Below are positions 29,527 through 38,654 of a stretch of DNA of 64,000 nucleotides, in pieces; the stretch's first letter is position 1, and every line of letters starts with the position of its first letter. A model generated the notes under the pieces. That model was not told the DNA's origin. It saw nothing but the letters and a program-made list of their open reading frames with translations, and did no database searches. Origin of the DNA: Rhodospirillales bacterium. Its GTDB lineage: Bacteria > Pseudomonadota > Alphaproteobacteria > Rhodospirillales > UBA2165. Made by a program: the position numbers and the translations under genes. The stretch is taken from the NCBI GenBank assembly GCA_046582495.1, contig JAYGEG010000160.1, forward strand, positions 11,553 to 75,552, in the 5' to 3' direction.

Positions 29527-29896
29527 GCGTCCGTGTTCTGAATGTTGAATTGGCGCAGCCGATCCCAATAAATATAGTAGAATCAACAATTAAAGGAATT
29601 ATAGGTTATTTCTAAATTAAGTGCATGCGAATAGCAAATAGTGACTTAAATAGGCCGATTTAAGGCACCGAAATGTCATATCTGGCCATATTTTGGTGCA
29701 TTAGATGGCAAAATTAGCTCATTATACTTATTTTATCCACACAGTTTAAAGAAAATTAGTTTTTATATAACAATAGGTTATAAGATTTTCTGGGCTGCAG
29801 CCAGTCCACTCTAAATTTCATACCGGCTTATTACCCAATTATTACAATTCGACACAAAGTTTTTCATGATTGAAATCACGAGGCTACAATCATTCT

Positions 29897-30071
29897 CTAT
29901 ATTCATAAGTGTTCCCAATAGGGAATGTGATCACTACCCCGGTGATCACCGTATCGAACCAAAATTCGGTACACTGAATTCATCATATTTCTCCCGAGTG
30001 TGATGAATTCATTCCCAGACGTAAAGCCTCCCTGTAAACTCTCCCGGACCTGACAAGGTCCGGATTTTTTT
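29897..30071 (+). ncRNA. Candidate structured trans-acting sRNA (family not recognised)
   Basis: Four consecutive hairpins: 29911-29926, GTGATCAC/GTGATCAC 29927-29949, 29951-29972, and an 11-bp perfect stem TGAATTCATCA/TGATGAATTCA 29975-30011. After a single-stranded stretch comes a canonical intrinsic terminator. CUCCC lies in the hairpin-4 loop (29991-29995), CCUCCC at 30027-30032 and CUCUCCC at 30039-30045. A possible promoter is TTCATG(29863-29868)-16 nt-TACAAT(29885-29890). There is no upstream plus-strand CDS for the terminator to serve. The 5' end is a guess. Confidence 0.55.
30044..30071 (+). terminator. Rho-independent terminator
   Basis: CCGGACC(30044-30050)-TGACAA-GGTCCGG(30057-30063) followed by ATTTTTTTT. 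On the minus strand the 3' flank is GAGAGTTTACAG, which is not U-rich, so the orientation is plus. Confidence 0.85.
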
Positions 30072-31467
30072 ACGAGATGATTTTGCCGGGATTCATAATA
30101 TTATCCGGATCAATGGCCTGTTTGACCGCGCGCATAAGAGAGATAGTTGTCTCTGAAGCGTAATGCGCCAATTCTTCCCGCTTAAAAGAGCCAATACCGT
30201 GTTCGGCACTGATGCTGCCATTCATGTCGACAACCAGATCGTGGACAATGCGATTAAATTCTTCATAGCGCGCCATGAAGTCTTCTTTGGACATATCTGT
30301 GGGTTGGGTCAAATTGTAGTGAATGTTGCCGTCTCCAATATGACCAAACGGGCAGGGACGTATGCCCGGAAGAGCATCAGATACGCGTTTTGAGGCTTCG
30401 GTAATAAAGGCAACAGTCTTGGAAACCGGCACCGAAACATCATGCTTGATGCTGCCGCCTTCACGGGTTTGCGCGGCCGGGATTTCTTCGCGAATTTTCC
30501 AAAGCTCCTGCCGCTGTGCATCGCTTTCGGCAAAAACAGCATCCGAGACGACGCCGTCTTCAAAGGCTTTTTTCAGCACGGTTTCTATTTCGCTGCGTAG
30601 ATCATCATTTTCTCTGGCAGAGGTCAGTTCGATCAATGCGTAAAATGGATGGGTGGCTTCGAACGGATCAATCACACCGGGGATATGTTCAATGCCCAAA
30701 TCCATCCCAATTCTGGGGATCAACTCAAAAGCTGTCAGCCGATCACCGCAGAGCTGCCGGGTGGTCGTGAAAAGTTTCAAGGTGGCTTCCAATTCTGGCA
30801 GCGCTGCCATAACCGTTATGATCGTCCGCGGCGCTGGAAAAAGTTTCAACACGGCCTTGGTGATAATACCAAGGGTACCTTCCGCGCCGATAAAGAGCTG
30901 CTTTAGATCATACCCAGTGTTGTCTTTTCTAAGCGCGCTTAAGCCGTCCCAAATTTCACCATTTGGCAACACAACCTCTAATCCCAAAACCAAGTCCCGC
31001 GTATTTCCATAGCGTAATACGCCCACGCCACCTGCATTGGTCGAGAGGTTGCCGCCAATTCGGCAGCTGCCTTCAGCACCCAAACTTAGTGGAAACAAAC
31101 AGTTTTTCTCTGCCGCGGCATTTTGCAAATCAACCAGAATACAGCCGGTCTCGACGGTCATCGTATTGTTTAGCGGATCAACTTCAATGATTTTGTTGAG
31201 CCGGTCCGTTGCCAGAATAACCCCGCCATTGGCAATCGTGCCGCCGACCAGCCCAGTGCTGCCGCCAACCGCCACAATCGAGGTTTTGCTTTCAGCGCAA
31301 GCGCAGACGACCGCTGAAACCTCTTGCGTGGTCGCTGGCCGCGCAACGATATCAGCTTTGCTTGTTACCAAGCCGCGTTCTTCGTGCAGATAGGGGGCCA
31401 TATCGCTGACGTCTGTGATAACGCCATTTTTGCCGAGGATGGCTGTTAATTTTTCTTCAAGAGACAT
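30070..31467 (-). CDS. FAD-linked oxidase (GlcD / D-2-hydroxyacid dehydrogenase family)
   Basis: FAD-binding PCMH-type domain (VAVGGSTGLVGG..., GAEGSCRIGGNLSTNAGG) and a C-terminal FAD-oxidase domain (SAEHGIG). The ATG at 31467 (MSLEEKL...) is preferred and leaves a 7-nt gap to the upstream tsaC-like gene. Confidence 0.85.
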   Translation of the reverse strand: MSLEEKLTAILGKNGVITDVSDMAPYLHEERGLVTSKADIVARPATTQEVSAVVCACAESKTSIVAVGGSTGLVGGTIANGGVILATDRLNKIIEVDPLNNTMTVETGCILVDLQNAAAEKNCLFPLSLGAEGSCRIGGNLSTNAGGVGVLRYGNTRDLVLGLEVVLPNGEIWDGLSALRKDNTGYDLKQLFIGAEGTLGIITKAVLKLFPAPRTIITVMAALPELEATLKLFTTTRQLCGDRLTAFELIPRIGMDLGIEHIPGVIDPFEATHPFYALIELTSARENDDLRSEIETVLKKAFEDGVVSDAVFAESDAQRQELWKIREEIPAAQTREGGSIKHDVSVPVSKTVAFITEASKRVSDALPGIRPCPFGHIGDGNIHYNLTQPTDMSKEDFMARYEEFNRIVHDLVVDMNGSISAEHGIGSFKREELAHYASETTISLMRAVKQAIDPDNIMNPGKIIS

Positions 31468-31474
31468 AGGTCGA

Positions 31475-32422
31475 TTATTCACGTGTCGCTGCCCGGCGCA
31501 AGCGGTCGTTGATTGCAGTGCCAAGGCCCGCGTCTGGGATCGGCATGACTGCAATAGGGTTTGCGTCTGCGTGATCTAATTCGTGCAGCATGGCAAACAG
31601 ATTTGCGGCGGCCTCTATGAGATCACCGGTCGGGCTCAGGTTAAAGGCGTCTGCCGGCGCATTTGGACCAAAGCCCAGTACATTTTCATCTTCGCTAAAT
31701 TCTTTGGCGTCGAGGCGAATAGGAGCATCTGGTGCATAATGACGGATTAGCATTCCGGGCGATTTCGGCGAGGTCTCTTCATTTGTTAGCACTTCGATCT
31801 GGCCGATGATTGCCTCTATTTCGCTTCGGTTAATGGCCCCGGGCCTCAAAAGTGAAGGCGTGTTACCGGATAAATCTACGACGGTTGATTCCAAGCCAAT
31901 TGCCGATATTCCGCCATCTAGAATAAAGGAAATCTTATTGCCAAGCGAGGCCTGGACATGCGCGGCAGTTGTCGGACTAATTTTACCAGAGCTATTGGCG
32001 CTCGGCGCGGCGATCGGTTTTTCAGCTTTTTCGATTAGACTATGCGCGGCTTTATGAGCTGGCACCCGTACCGCAACGGTATCCAGCCCGGCACTAACAA
32101 GCAGTGATAACTGACAGCCTGCGGCCCGCGGCAAAATAAAAGTGAGAGCCCCCGGCCAGAATGCTGCCGCCAGCTTTTCCGCCGACTCATTCCAAACAAC
32201 TTCCTCTTTGACTTTTTGGGCATCCGGAAAGTGAACGATGAGGGGGTTAAAGCTCGGCCGTCCTTTGGCTTCATAAATGCGGGCGACGGCTTGGTCATTG
32301 GTGGCATCGGCGCCGAGGCCATAAACCGTTTCGGTCGGAAAAGCGACCAGCTCGCCGCCGCGAAGCAAGCGCGCGGCTTCGTCTAATCCTGAATTTCCAA
32401 TATCGAGAATTTGAGCTGTCAT
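31475..32422 (-). CDS. L-threonylcarbamoyladenylate synthase (Sua5/YwlC type: YrdC + Sua5 domains)
   Basis: 315 aa with YrdC motifs VAFPTETVYGLGADA and SANSSGK, plus a C-terminal Sua5-type domain. Confidence 0.88.
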   Translation of the reverse strand: MTAQILDIGNSGLDEAARLLRGGELVAFPTETVYGLGADATNDQAVARIYEAKGRPSFNPLIVHFPDAQKVKEEVVWNESAEKLAAAFWPGALTFILPRAAGCQLSLLVSAGLDTVAVRVPAHKAAHSLIEKAEKPIAAPSANSSGKISPTTAAHVQASLGNKISFILDGGISAIGLESTVVDLSGNTPSLLRPGAINRSEIEAIIGQIEVLTNEETSPKSPGMLIRHYAPDAPIRLDAKEFSEDENVLGFGPNAPADAFNLSPTGDLIEAAANLFAMLHELDHADANPIAVMPIPDAGLGTAINDRLRRAATRE

Positions 32423-32450
32423 AATCGGGCTTATAGCACAAATTTAAAGC

Positions 32451-33215
32451 TTATCGCCCCTTGGCGATAAAATGCGGATTGAGGATATTTTCTTTGCCAT
32501 AAACGAATGGCGATCCATCGATTTTAGTGATTGATCCTCCGGCTGCGGCAAGAACCGCATGGCCGGCGGCTATATCCCATTCTGAAGTTGGACCCAGCCT
32601 CGGATAAAGATCGGCTTCACCCGCCGCAATCAGGCATATTTTGATGGAGCTACCGGTAATAATAACCTCTTTGACCCTATAGTCCGAGAGGAATTCTTCC
32701 TCACCATCGCGATGAGACCTGCTGGTGGCTACCACGATACCGTCGTTTGCCGGCTGGCGGGCTTGAATAGCCTGCTTTTCAACACCCAAATCGCGAACAA
32801 ATGCACCGAATGGGCCGCCCCAATAGGTGCGCGATTTGGCCGGGACATGGACGATGCCAAAGACCGGCAAGCCATTTTCAATCAGGGCAATGTTGACGGT
32901 AAACTCATCGCGTTTATTGACGAATTCTTTGGTGCCATCCAATGCATCGACGAGCCAGAACACACCGCCGGAGATATCCGGTCGCTTACCCGCCGTAAAG
33001 GCTTCTTCGCCGATTGCCGGAATATCCGGCGCAAGCTTTGCGAGCCCCGCCAAAATGATGGCCTCAGCTTTTTCATCAGCTTCCGTAACCGGTGAGCTAT
33101 CCTCTTTGGTGCGTATGTCGAAATCCGTATGATAGATTTCAAGGATGGCGTCTCCGGCCTCAATCGAGAGATCCAGGAGTGCCTCTACAAACGCGTTGTT
33201 AAAATCTGGCAACAA
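32451..33215 (-). CDS. cysQ: 3'(2'),5'-bisphosphate nucleotidase CysQ (inositol monophosphatase family)
   Basis: 254 aa with IMPase motifs SPVTEADE, WLVDALDGTKEF and WDIAAGHAV. Confidence 0.8.
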   Translation of the reverse strand: MLPDFNNAFVEALLDLSIEAGDAILEIYHTDFDIRTKEDSSPVTEADEKAEAIILAGLAKLAPDIPAIGEEAFTAGKRPDISGGVFWLVDALDGTKEFVNKRDEFTVNIALIENGLPVFGIVHVPAKSRTYWGGPFGAFVRDLGVEKQAIQARQPANDGIVVATSRSHRDGEEEFLSDYRVKEVIITGSSIKICLIAAGEADLYPRLGPTSEWDIAAGHAVLAAAGGSITKIDGSPFVYGKENILNPHFIAKGR

Positions 33216-33226
33216 AACAAAAGTTC

Positions 33227-33712
33227 CTAATCGTGGGCTTTTTCAGCACCTTCGTGCCAATGTTTGGTCGGCTCATTTGAGCCGATTAAAATGAAGGCAA
33301 TCTGACACGGTTCATCGTATGGATTTGCCCAACCATGCATGGTCGCGCGTTGGACCATAACGTCGCCTTGCTCGAAACTTACCTTGTCATCCTCATCCAG
33401 CAACATTTCGCATTTACCGGACATGCAAATTGCATAATCGATGGTATCGGTGCGGTGCATATAAGCTTCTTTGCCCGGCACCAGTTCCAAAATACGAAAT
33501 ATCGACCCTGTTTTGGGCGGCTCAATACCCTGCGGTGTTGAGGTCGGATCTTCACCGTTTACGTCGGCAGGTGTGTCTTCTGTGACCCACAGCAAAGTTT
33601 CAAAGTTGCCGGAACGCAATTGCTGGACATTTGTCGTGACTTCATCGGTTCCAACGATGGCTTTTCCATCATCGCGGTGTGAGGTCACGATACGGCGAAC
33701 ATTAAGCGTCAT
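33227..33712 (-). CDS. Cupin domain protein
   Basis: About 161 aa from the ATG at 33712, which is preceded by GGGGAGA. Cupin-type motifs are HRTDTIDYAICMSGKCEM and GDVMVQRATMHGW. Confidence 0.65.
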   Translation of the reverse strand: MTLNVRRIVTSHRDDGKAIVGTDEVTTNVQQLRSGNFETLLWVTEDTPADVNGEDPTSTPQGIEPPKTGSIFRILELVPGKEAYMHRTDTIDYAICMSGKCEMLLDEDDKVSFEQGDVMVQRATMHGWANPYDEPCQIAFILIGSNEPTKHWHEGAEKAHD

Positions 33713-33870
33713 TGATTTTCTCCCCAAATTAAATTTGTTGCGTCTGTTCCCGAGCATTTAGCAAAAAAATTGCCAAACTGCCACACAATTGGAAAATAAG
33801 GGCGCTATTAATTTTAAAATCTGCCTCTTACCCTGCCGATTGATAATTTTGCATGAGGGGGAACACCTGC

Positions 33871-34899
33871 ATGAAGTTTGGTCTTTTTGATCACGTCGAT
33901 AAATCCACCCTTGGATTGGCGCAGCAATTTGATGACCGCCTGGAATTTGTCGCCGCGGCTGATGAGTTTGGTCTTTATAGTTACCACATCGCTGAACACC
34001 ACGCGACGCCGCTCAATATGGTGCCGGTGCCGGGCGTCTATTTAGGGGCCGTCGCGCGCCTGACCAAGCGTATTCGGCTTGGGCCTTTGGTTTATTTATT
34101 GCCGCTCTATTCACCTCTCCGACTGATTGAAGAAATTGGCATTCTTGATCATCTCTGTCATGGCCGGTTGGACATCGGAGTTGGCCGCGGCATTTCTCCA
34201 TACGAGCTCAATTATCACAGAGTTGATCCTGAATCCTCTCGTGAAATTTTCATAGAAGCTCTTGATGTTCTTCTAAAAGGCATGACCAGCGAGCGCCTCA
34301 CTCACCAAGGCAAACATTTTGACTATGAAAATGTGCCGATGGAGCTGCCGCCGATGCAGCAACCTCATCCGCCGATCTGGTATGGGTCCTCGAATGCACC
34401 TGGTTCCGCTTGGGCTGCCGAGAAAGGCTACAATTTTGTGACCCTCGGTGGGCTTGAACTCGCAAAAGGAAATATAGCTGCATTTAAAGAGGCCTATGCA
34501 GAAAGAAACGCGCCTGGAACTAATGTTGATTTTGAAGGTGGAAGCGCGATTGGCGTGATGCGACACATTGTCATTGCCGACAGCCATGAAGAGGCCATGA
34601 AATTGGCGGCTCCCACTTATGATCATTGGCATGCCAGTCTGACCAAACTAGAACGCGAAAATGTTAGGGGTCCCGCCGTTGCTAAAAACATGCCCAAAAG
34701 TGCAGAAGAAGCGATAAAGGTTGGCATGGTCATTGTTGGCACGGCTGAGACCGTCGGCGAAGAAATCGAACGTCAGATCGAAGTGCTTGGCTTAAACTAC
34801 ATGATCATTGGAATGTATTTTGGCTCGATGAAACACGCCACGGCGATGAATACGCTGGAGCAATTCAGCACCAAAATCATGCCAGGTTTGGTTGGTTAA
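33871..34899 (+). CDS. Luciferase-like (LLM class) flavin-dependent oxidoreductase
   Basis: Typical LLM N-terminus MKFGLFDH... and TIM-barrel family sequence throughout. The track start at 33853 is also possible. Confidence 0.8.
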   Translation: MKFGLFDHVDKSTLGLAQQFDDRLEFVAAADEFGLYSYHIAEHHATPLNMVPVPGVYLGAVARLTKRIRLGPLVYLLPLYSPLRLIEEIGILDHLCHGRLDIGVGRGISPYELNYHRVDPESSREIFIEALDVLLKGMTSERLTHQGKHFDYENVPMELPPMQQPHPPIWYGSSNAPGSAWAAEKGYNFVTLGGLELAKGNIAAFKEAYAERNAPGTNVDFEGGSAIGVMRHIVIADSHEEAMKLAAPTYDHWHASLTKLERENVRGPAVAKNMPKSAEEAIKVGMVIVGTAETVGEEIERQIEVLGLNYMIIGMYFGSMKHATAMNTLEQFSTKIMPGLVG

Positions 34900-35768
34900 C
34901 CCCGTCGGCGTTCGCGGTAAATACTGTAATAGTTGCCGGCGAATATCAGGCCAGCGCCAAGGAATATCCACGCTGAAAATGGCTCGGCATAGAAGAAAAA
35001 TCCGATGACCGCGATCATTGGCATGCGGATAAAATCAATCGGGATGACCACTGTGGCATCGGCCAGCATAAGGGCGCGGGTCATGGTGTAATGCGCAGTT
35101 AATGCAGTTACGCCAATCAAAGCGATCCACGGCACATCTGCCCATTCTGGTGTTATCCAGACAATACTGGCGCCGATTGCGCCAATTGGCCATTGCATGA
35201 GAAACATCAAAAAAATAATGGTGAGGGCGCTATCCTGCCTTGCCAACGACTTCGTTGCGACGTTGGAAATTGCAAATCCCAGCGATGCTGCCAGCACTGC
35301 CAAGGAACCAAAATCGATGCTGACCAGTCCTGGCCGCAGAATAATTAGGACGCCAGCAAAGCCCAGAACAATGGCGACGATTTTACCAATCGTCATTTTC
35401 TCTTTGAGAAAAACCACAGCAAGTAGCGCAACCCAAATCGGGATGCTGAACTCCAGCGCAAAAACCTGGGCGAGAGGAATGAGGCCAACGCCGACAATCC
35501 AAGAAAGATTGGCACCGTAGTGAATAATGTTGCGGAAAAAGTGGAGAGGCAGCCGTTGTGTGTAAATCGCTGCTTTTCCCTGATGAGCAACCATTGCCAG
35601 CACGATGACTAGGGCAACGCTTGTTCTCATAAATACGATCTGAAATGGATTGAGCGTATCCGACAGTTCGCGTGCCGCGATTGCCATGGTTAGAAATGAC
35701 ATCAACGTTCCGCACATCCATAGGATAGCGCGATAGAGATCAGACTTATTGTCGATTGTTTCGTTCAA
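34896..35768 (-). CDS. DMT superfamily (EamA-like) transporter
   Basis: 290 aa with 10 hydrophobic segments in two EamA-like halves. Confidence 0.8.
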   Translation of the reverse strand: MNETIDNKSDLYRAILWMCGTLMSFLTMAIAARELSDTLNPFQIVFMRTSVALVIVLAMVAHQGKAAIYTQRLPLHFFRNIIHYGANLSWIVGVGLIPLAQVFALEFSIPIWVALLAVVFLKEKMTIGKIVAIVLGFAGVLIILRPGLVSIDFGSLAVLAASLGFAISNVATKSLARQDSALTIIFLMFLMQWPIGAIGASIVWITPEWADVPWIALIGVTALTAHYTMTRALMLADATVVIPIDFIRMPMIAVIGFFFYAEPFSAWIFLGAGLIFAGNYYSIYRERRRG

Positions 35769-35854
35769 TATTGGGGCTTTGCTTTATGACGTTTTGCGCC
35801 AACCTGCCTGATGAGGTGCTTTGACGCAAGGCCAGGAATGAGCAGGGAAAATGG

Positions 35855-37333
35855 TCAGTCTGAATTCCACAGCGGAGAATCGGCTGGTAAATCCTTGGAC
35901 GACACGCCTTCGGTGACATACCGCCACGCCTGAATAGAATTCGACCAGTAATTCTCTTTGAGGCCGGCTTTGCGTTTGAGGTGCGCTAGGAATTTCTCAG
36001 GGCCCGGCAGTTGCTCCCAAACCACCGGCAGGAACACGCCGCGCTTTTTACCTTCCTGAAGCACTATACCGTCGATGCCAGGTTGCAACTGAGATAGGAA
36101 GTCTTCTTCGCTTGAGAAGCTCATTGGGATTTGCGGGCTTAAGACCGATATCGACATGGTAATGTCTCCGGTCTCTATTTCCTTCGAGGTCAATTTCTGA
36201 AAACGGTGATCTTTGAAGGCGGCTTTGCAGGCATTTTCGGCGACGTCTGTAAGAAGCGGTCGCCACGCTTGAATGGAGCCAATACATCCGCGTAACTGAC
36301 CGGCTTTATTGAGCGTGACAAAACAGGCGGCGTGCTCGCCCAATGGCTTTGCAAATTCCTTCAAGCTAAGACGCATCGGGCCGGTCTTGGTTAGATGAGC
36401 GAGAATGCCTGCTGCGCCAACATGCAATAAAGTTTGGCCGTGCGCAGAAAGAAGCTCCCGCGTAGCCGCGCCAAAATCGCTCTTCGAAGTCGATTTGTTG
36501 TCGCCGTCCTCGGTAAAATACCACGAGCCGTAACCAACAACCCGGTCTTTGGTGCCCGCCGTGTCGCCAGAATTTCGGACATCTGCGGTAATAGCAGACA
36601 ACCCTTTCTCGCGTGCCATCAGCATCAGTCCTTTGATCGAATGGCGTCCGCATGCTTGTTCGTCGCCGAGCGCCATCGGGTCCAGGCGTTCGATGGCCTG
36701 GCGGGTCCGGTCGTCCATCGCTCTGGCTTTGTCATAGGAAAGGTAGTGGCTGAGATCGGAGGAAATAAGAATGAGCGTTTCCGGGCCTCCCCAAAGTGTT
36801 TCCAGAACTTCGGCAACTTCTTCTGGGCTCGCCTGGCCGACAATCATCGGCACGATGCTAAAATCGGTGAGTATTTTTTGCAGGAAAGGCAGATGAACCT
36901 CAAGCGCATGATCTTCAACATGGGTGTCGTTGAAAATTTCCACCTGTGGCAGGCCAATTATTGACGCGACCGCGTCCATATCCAGTGGAACATTGCCGAG
37001 CGGCGTCGCAAAAGCCTCCGTGCTTGGCAGCGCCAATCCTTTGACCGCGACCCGGTGACAGGGCCCCATAATAATGACGCGCTTGATGATGTCTTTGGCG
37101 GGAAGCAGGCGATTGTAGACAGCTGCTGCGGTCAGACCTGAGTAGACATAGCCGGCATGTGGCGCAATGATTGCTTTGGGGGCCGTGCTGCTCGGCATCT
37201 CGAATTTATTGGCAGCTTCTGTGAGATAGTAGTGAACAGACGCCTCAAGCTCCTTCGGATTGCTCGGATAAAACATCCCCGCCACCGCTGGCGGGCGGAT
37301 GAGTTGCGAATCTGTTTTTGAAGGCGATGCCAT
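35855..37333 (-). CDS. AmmeMemoRadiSam system fusion protein: Memo-like protein B (N-terminal) + AMMECR1-like protein A (C-terminal)
   Basis: The N-terminal half carries Memo-family motifs (PAVAGMFYP, IIAPHAGYVYSG, ISSDLSHY, EQACGRHSIKG). After a polar linker (TEDGDNKSTSKSDFG), the C-terminal half carries the AMMECR1 motif FVTLNKAGQLRGCIGSI and VLSP...GIVL...RGVFLPVVWE. Divergent from the partner radical-SAM gene. Confidence 0.85.
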   Translation of the reverse strand: MASPSKTDSQLIRPPAVAGMFYPSNPKELEASVHYYLTEAANKFEMPSSTAPKAIIAPHAGYVYSGLTAAAVYNRLLPAKDIIKRVIIMGPCHRVAVKGLALPSTEAFATPLGNVPLDMDAVASIIGLPQVEIFNDTHVEDHALEVHLPFLQKILTDFSIVPMIVGQASPEEVAEVLETLWGGPETLILISSDLSHYLSYDKARAMDDRTRQAIERLDPMALGDEQACGRHSIKGLMLMAREKGLSAITADVRNSGDTAGTKDRVVGYGSWYFTEDGDNKSTSKSDFGAATRELLSAHGQTLLHVGAAGILAHLTKTGPMRLSLKEFAKPLGEHAACFVTLNKAGQLRGCIGSIQAWRPLLTDVAENACKAAFKDHRFQKLTSKEIETGDITMSISVLSPQIPMSFSSEEDFLSQLQPGIDGIVLQEGKKRGVFLPVVWEQLPGPEKFLAHLKRKAGLKENYWSNSIQAWRYVTEGVSSKDLPADSPLWNSD

Positions 37334-37353
37334 GGGCTTTTCTCCCTGGCGTT

Positions 37354-37381
37354 ATTGTAGGCGAAAATGAACTGTTTCTAA
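37354..37381 (-). promoter_or_regulatory. Putative sigma70-type promoter for the Memo/AMMECR1 fusion gene
   Basis: On the minus strand: TTAGAA (37381-37376), a 16-nt spacer, then TACAAT (37359-37354), followed by GGAG and the ATG at 37333. Sequence pattern only. Confidence 0.3.
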
Positions 37382-37417
37382 AGTGGGGAATTAAATAGGT
37401 ATGTTTCGCTATAGACT

Positions 37418-38590
37418 TTAAGAGCTGGAAAGCGAATTTAAAATTACCTGGCACTTTTCTTTATTTAAAGTGCGACGGATTCCTTCACGGACAAAATTAT
37501 CATCTATACCCATTCTACGGCAAACTAATATATCAGATGTCCGGGAAACATTAAAAATTGTTCTTCCTCTTAGTAGAGTGTCGTCAAGGCGATTATAATC
37601 TTCATCAAGGTAGGCAACCCAATCATCTTGCAATTGAGTGATGTCTTTTCCATACACGATTTGAAAGTCTTTTCCTCTGTAGATTTGTAACAACCTACTT
37701 ATACCGCCGTTCTCAATCAAATACCTAATAAATGAACTGGCAAAAATGTACCGGATGCCAACTTTGGTATAGGTGTTGCTCTCACCATGGATACGAAATA
37801 ATTCCTAATTTTTGTGGAGTACTTTGAGTTGCCCATCTTTAATTTTATCTAATAAATGCCTTAAAGTTAACAAATGGGCATTATATTTTGTTCCCCAGCC
37901 ACCCACAGCTAATTTCACCGCCAGAAATGAGGCTAACCCTTCATCCAGCAATCTACTACTATACCAATTGTACCGGGCACCGACATTTGCATCACTGTCT
38001 ACATTCTTAATGTATGGTCCCGATCGTCCCATCAAGCTATGTGTTATTTCAAGAATCAATATACCGTCTTCAATTCTTCTCTTGAAACTTGAATAAGGAA
38101 CGATAATTCTGCCCAAGGCTGACTTGGCCCGCGGATATTTTTCAGATGATTCCTCTCGAACAATGATCGTAATTTTTCGAGGAAATTTAATTTCCAAAAA
38201 ATCGGCGACTTTTTGATAGGCTATTTCAGCGGCGTCTGCAATTTCCTGTGCTTCAAAATTTGAAATTTTGTGAGTCAATAGACACAAAATACCCCTATCA
38301 ATAATATTGGGCTGTATTAATTCACCAGCGCCTAAAGATTCTATTTCCTTACATTGATTTGGGTCATGAACATTTACAAAATTATCATTCCGAAATTGTT
38401 CAACACTGTGAAAAGGGTGTTTCGTGAAATCGCTTGAGACCGGAGTTGGATCGTGTGTTTCTGTCGTTTGGCATGCAGTCAGTGTTATCGTAACAAACAA
38501 TGCAATCGATCTTACGTACAATTTGCGCGAAATGGCTCTAGTAAAATAAAATAGTACTCTCAAAAGTTGTTCCATGAATTTTGATAGCAA
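37418..38590 (-). pseudogene. AT-rich lipoprotein gene (distant peptidase-MA-like fold) interrupted by a single in-frame TAG
   Basis: Track ORFs 37805..38590 and 37418..37720 are in the same frame. The 28 codons between them (ELFRIHGESNTYTKVGIRYIFASSFIRY) are open, and the only interruption is TAG at 37807-37805. Signal peptide and lipobox are LTLTAC. The xExxH remnant LEITH and DEGLASF lie upstream of the stop, and the FIRYLIENGG...LQDDWVAYL motif lies downstream. Hand counts gave 18/60 and 24/60 G+C for lines 37801 and 37861, against 36/60 for line 38701. Confidence 0.65.
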
Positions 38591-38654
38591 TAGAAATTGA
38601 CGATGTAAAGTATTGGAGCATTAAAAAAATCACCCCTTCGTGCTACACTGACGC

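Noticed and set aside
29590-29880. Possible chromosomal origin of replication (AT-rich with a perfect DnaA box, and dnaB, hdaA and holC in the window)
   Set aside because: Only one DnaA box is present. There is no cluster, no CtrA/TTAA-N7-TTAA sites and no AT-rich 13-mer-like repeats. The flanking genes are not the usual alphaproteobacterial ori markers (hemE, parAB, dnaA). GC skew cannot be evaluated from one window.
29866-30003. 44-codon plus-strand ORF (MIEITRLQSFSIFISVPNRECDHYPGDHRIEPKFGTLNSSYFSRV) inside the candidate sRNA
   Set aside because: No Shine-Dalgarno sequence precedes the ATG. The ORF is threaded through four strong hairpins and would end 40 nt before the terminator. An RNA function explains the structure better. 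It is kept only as an alternative to test.
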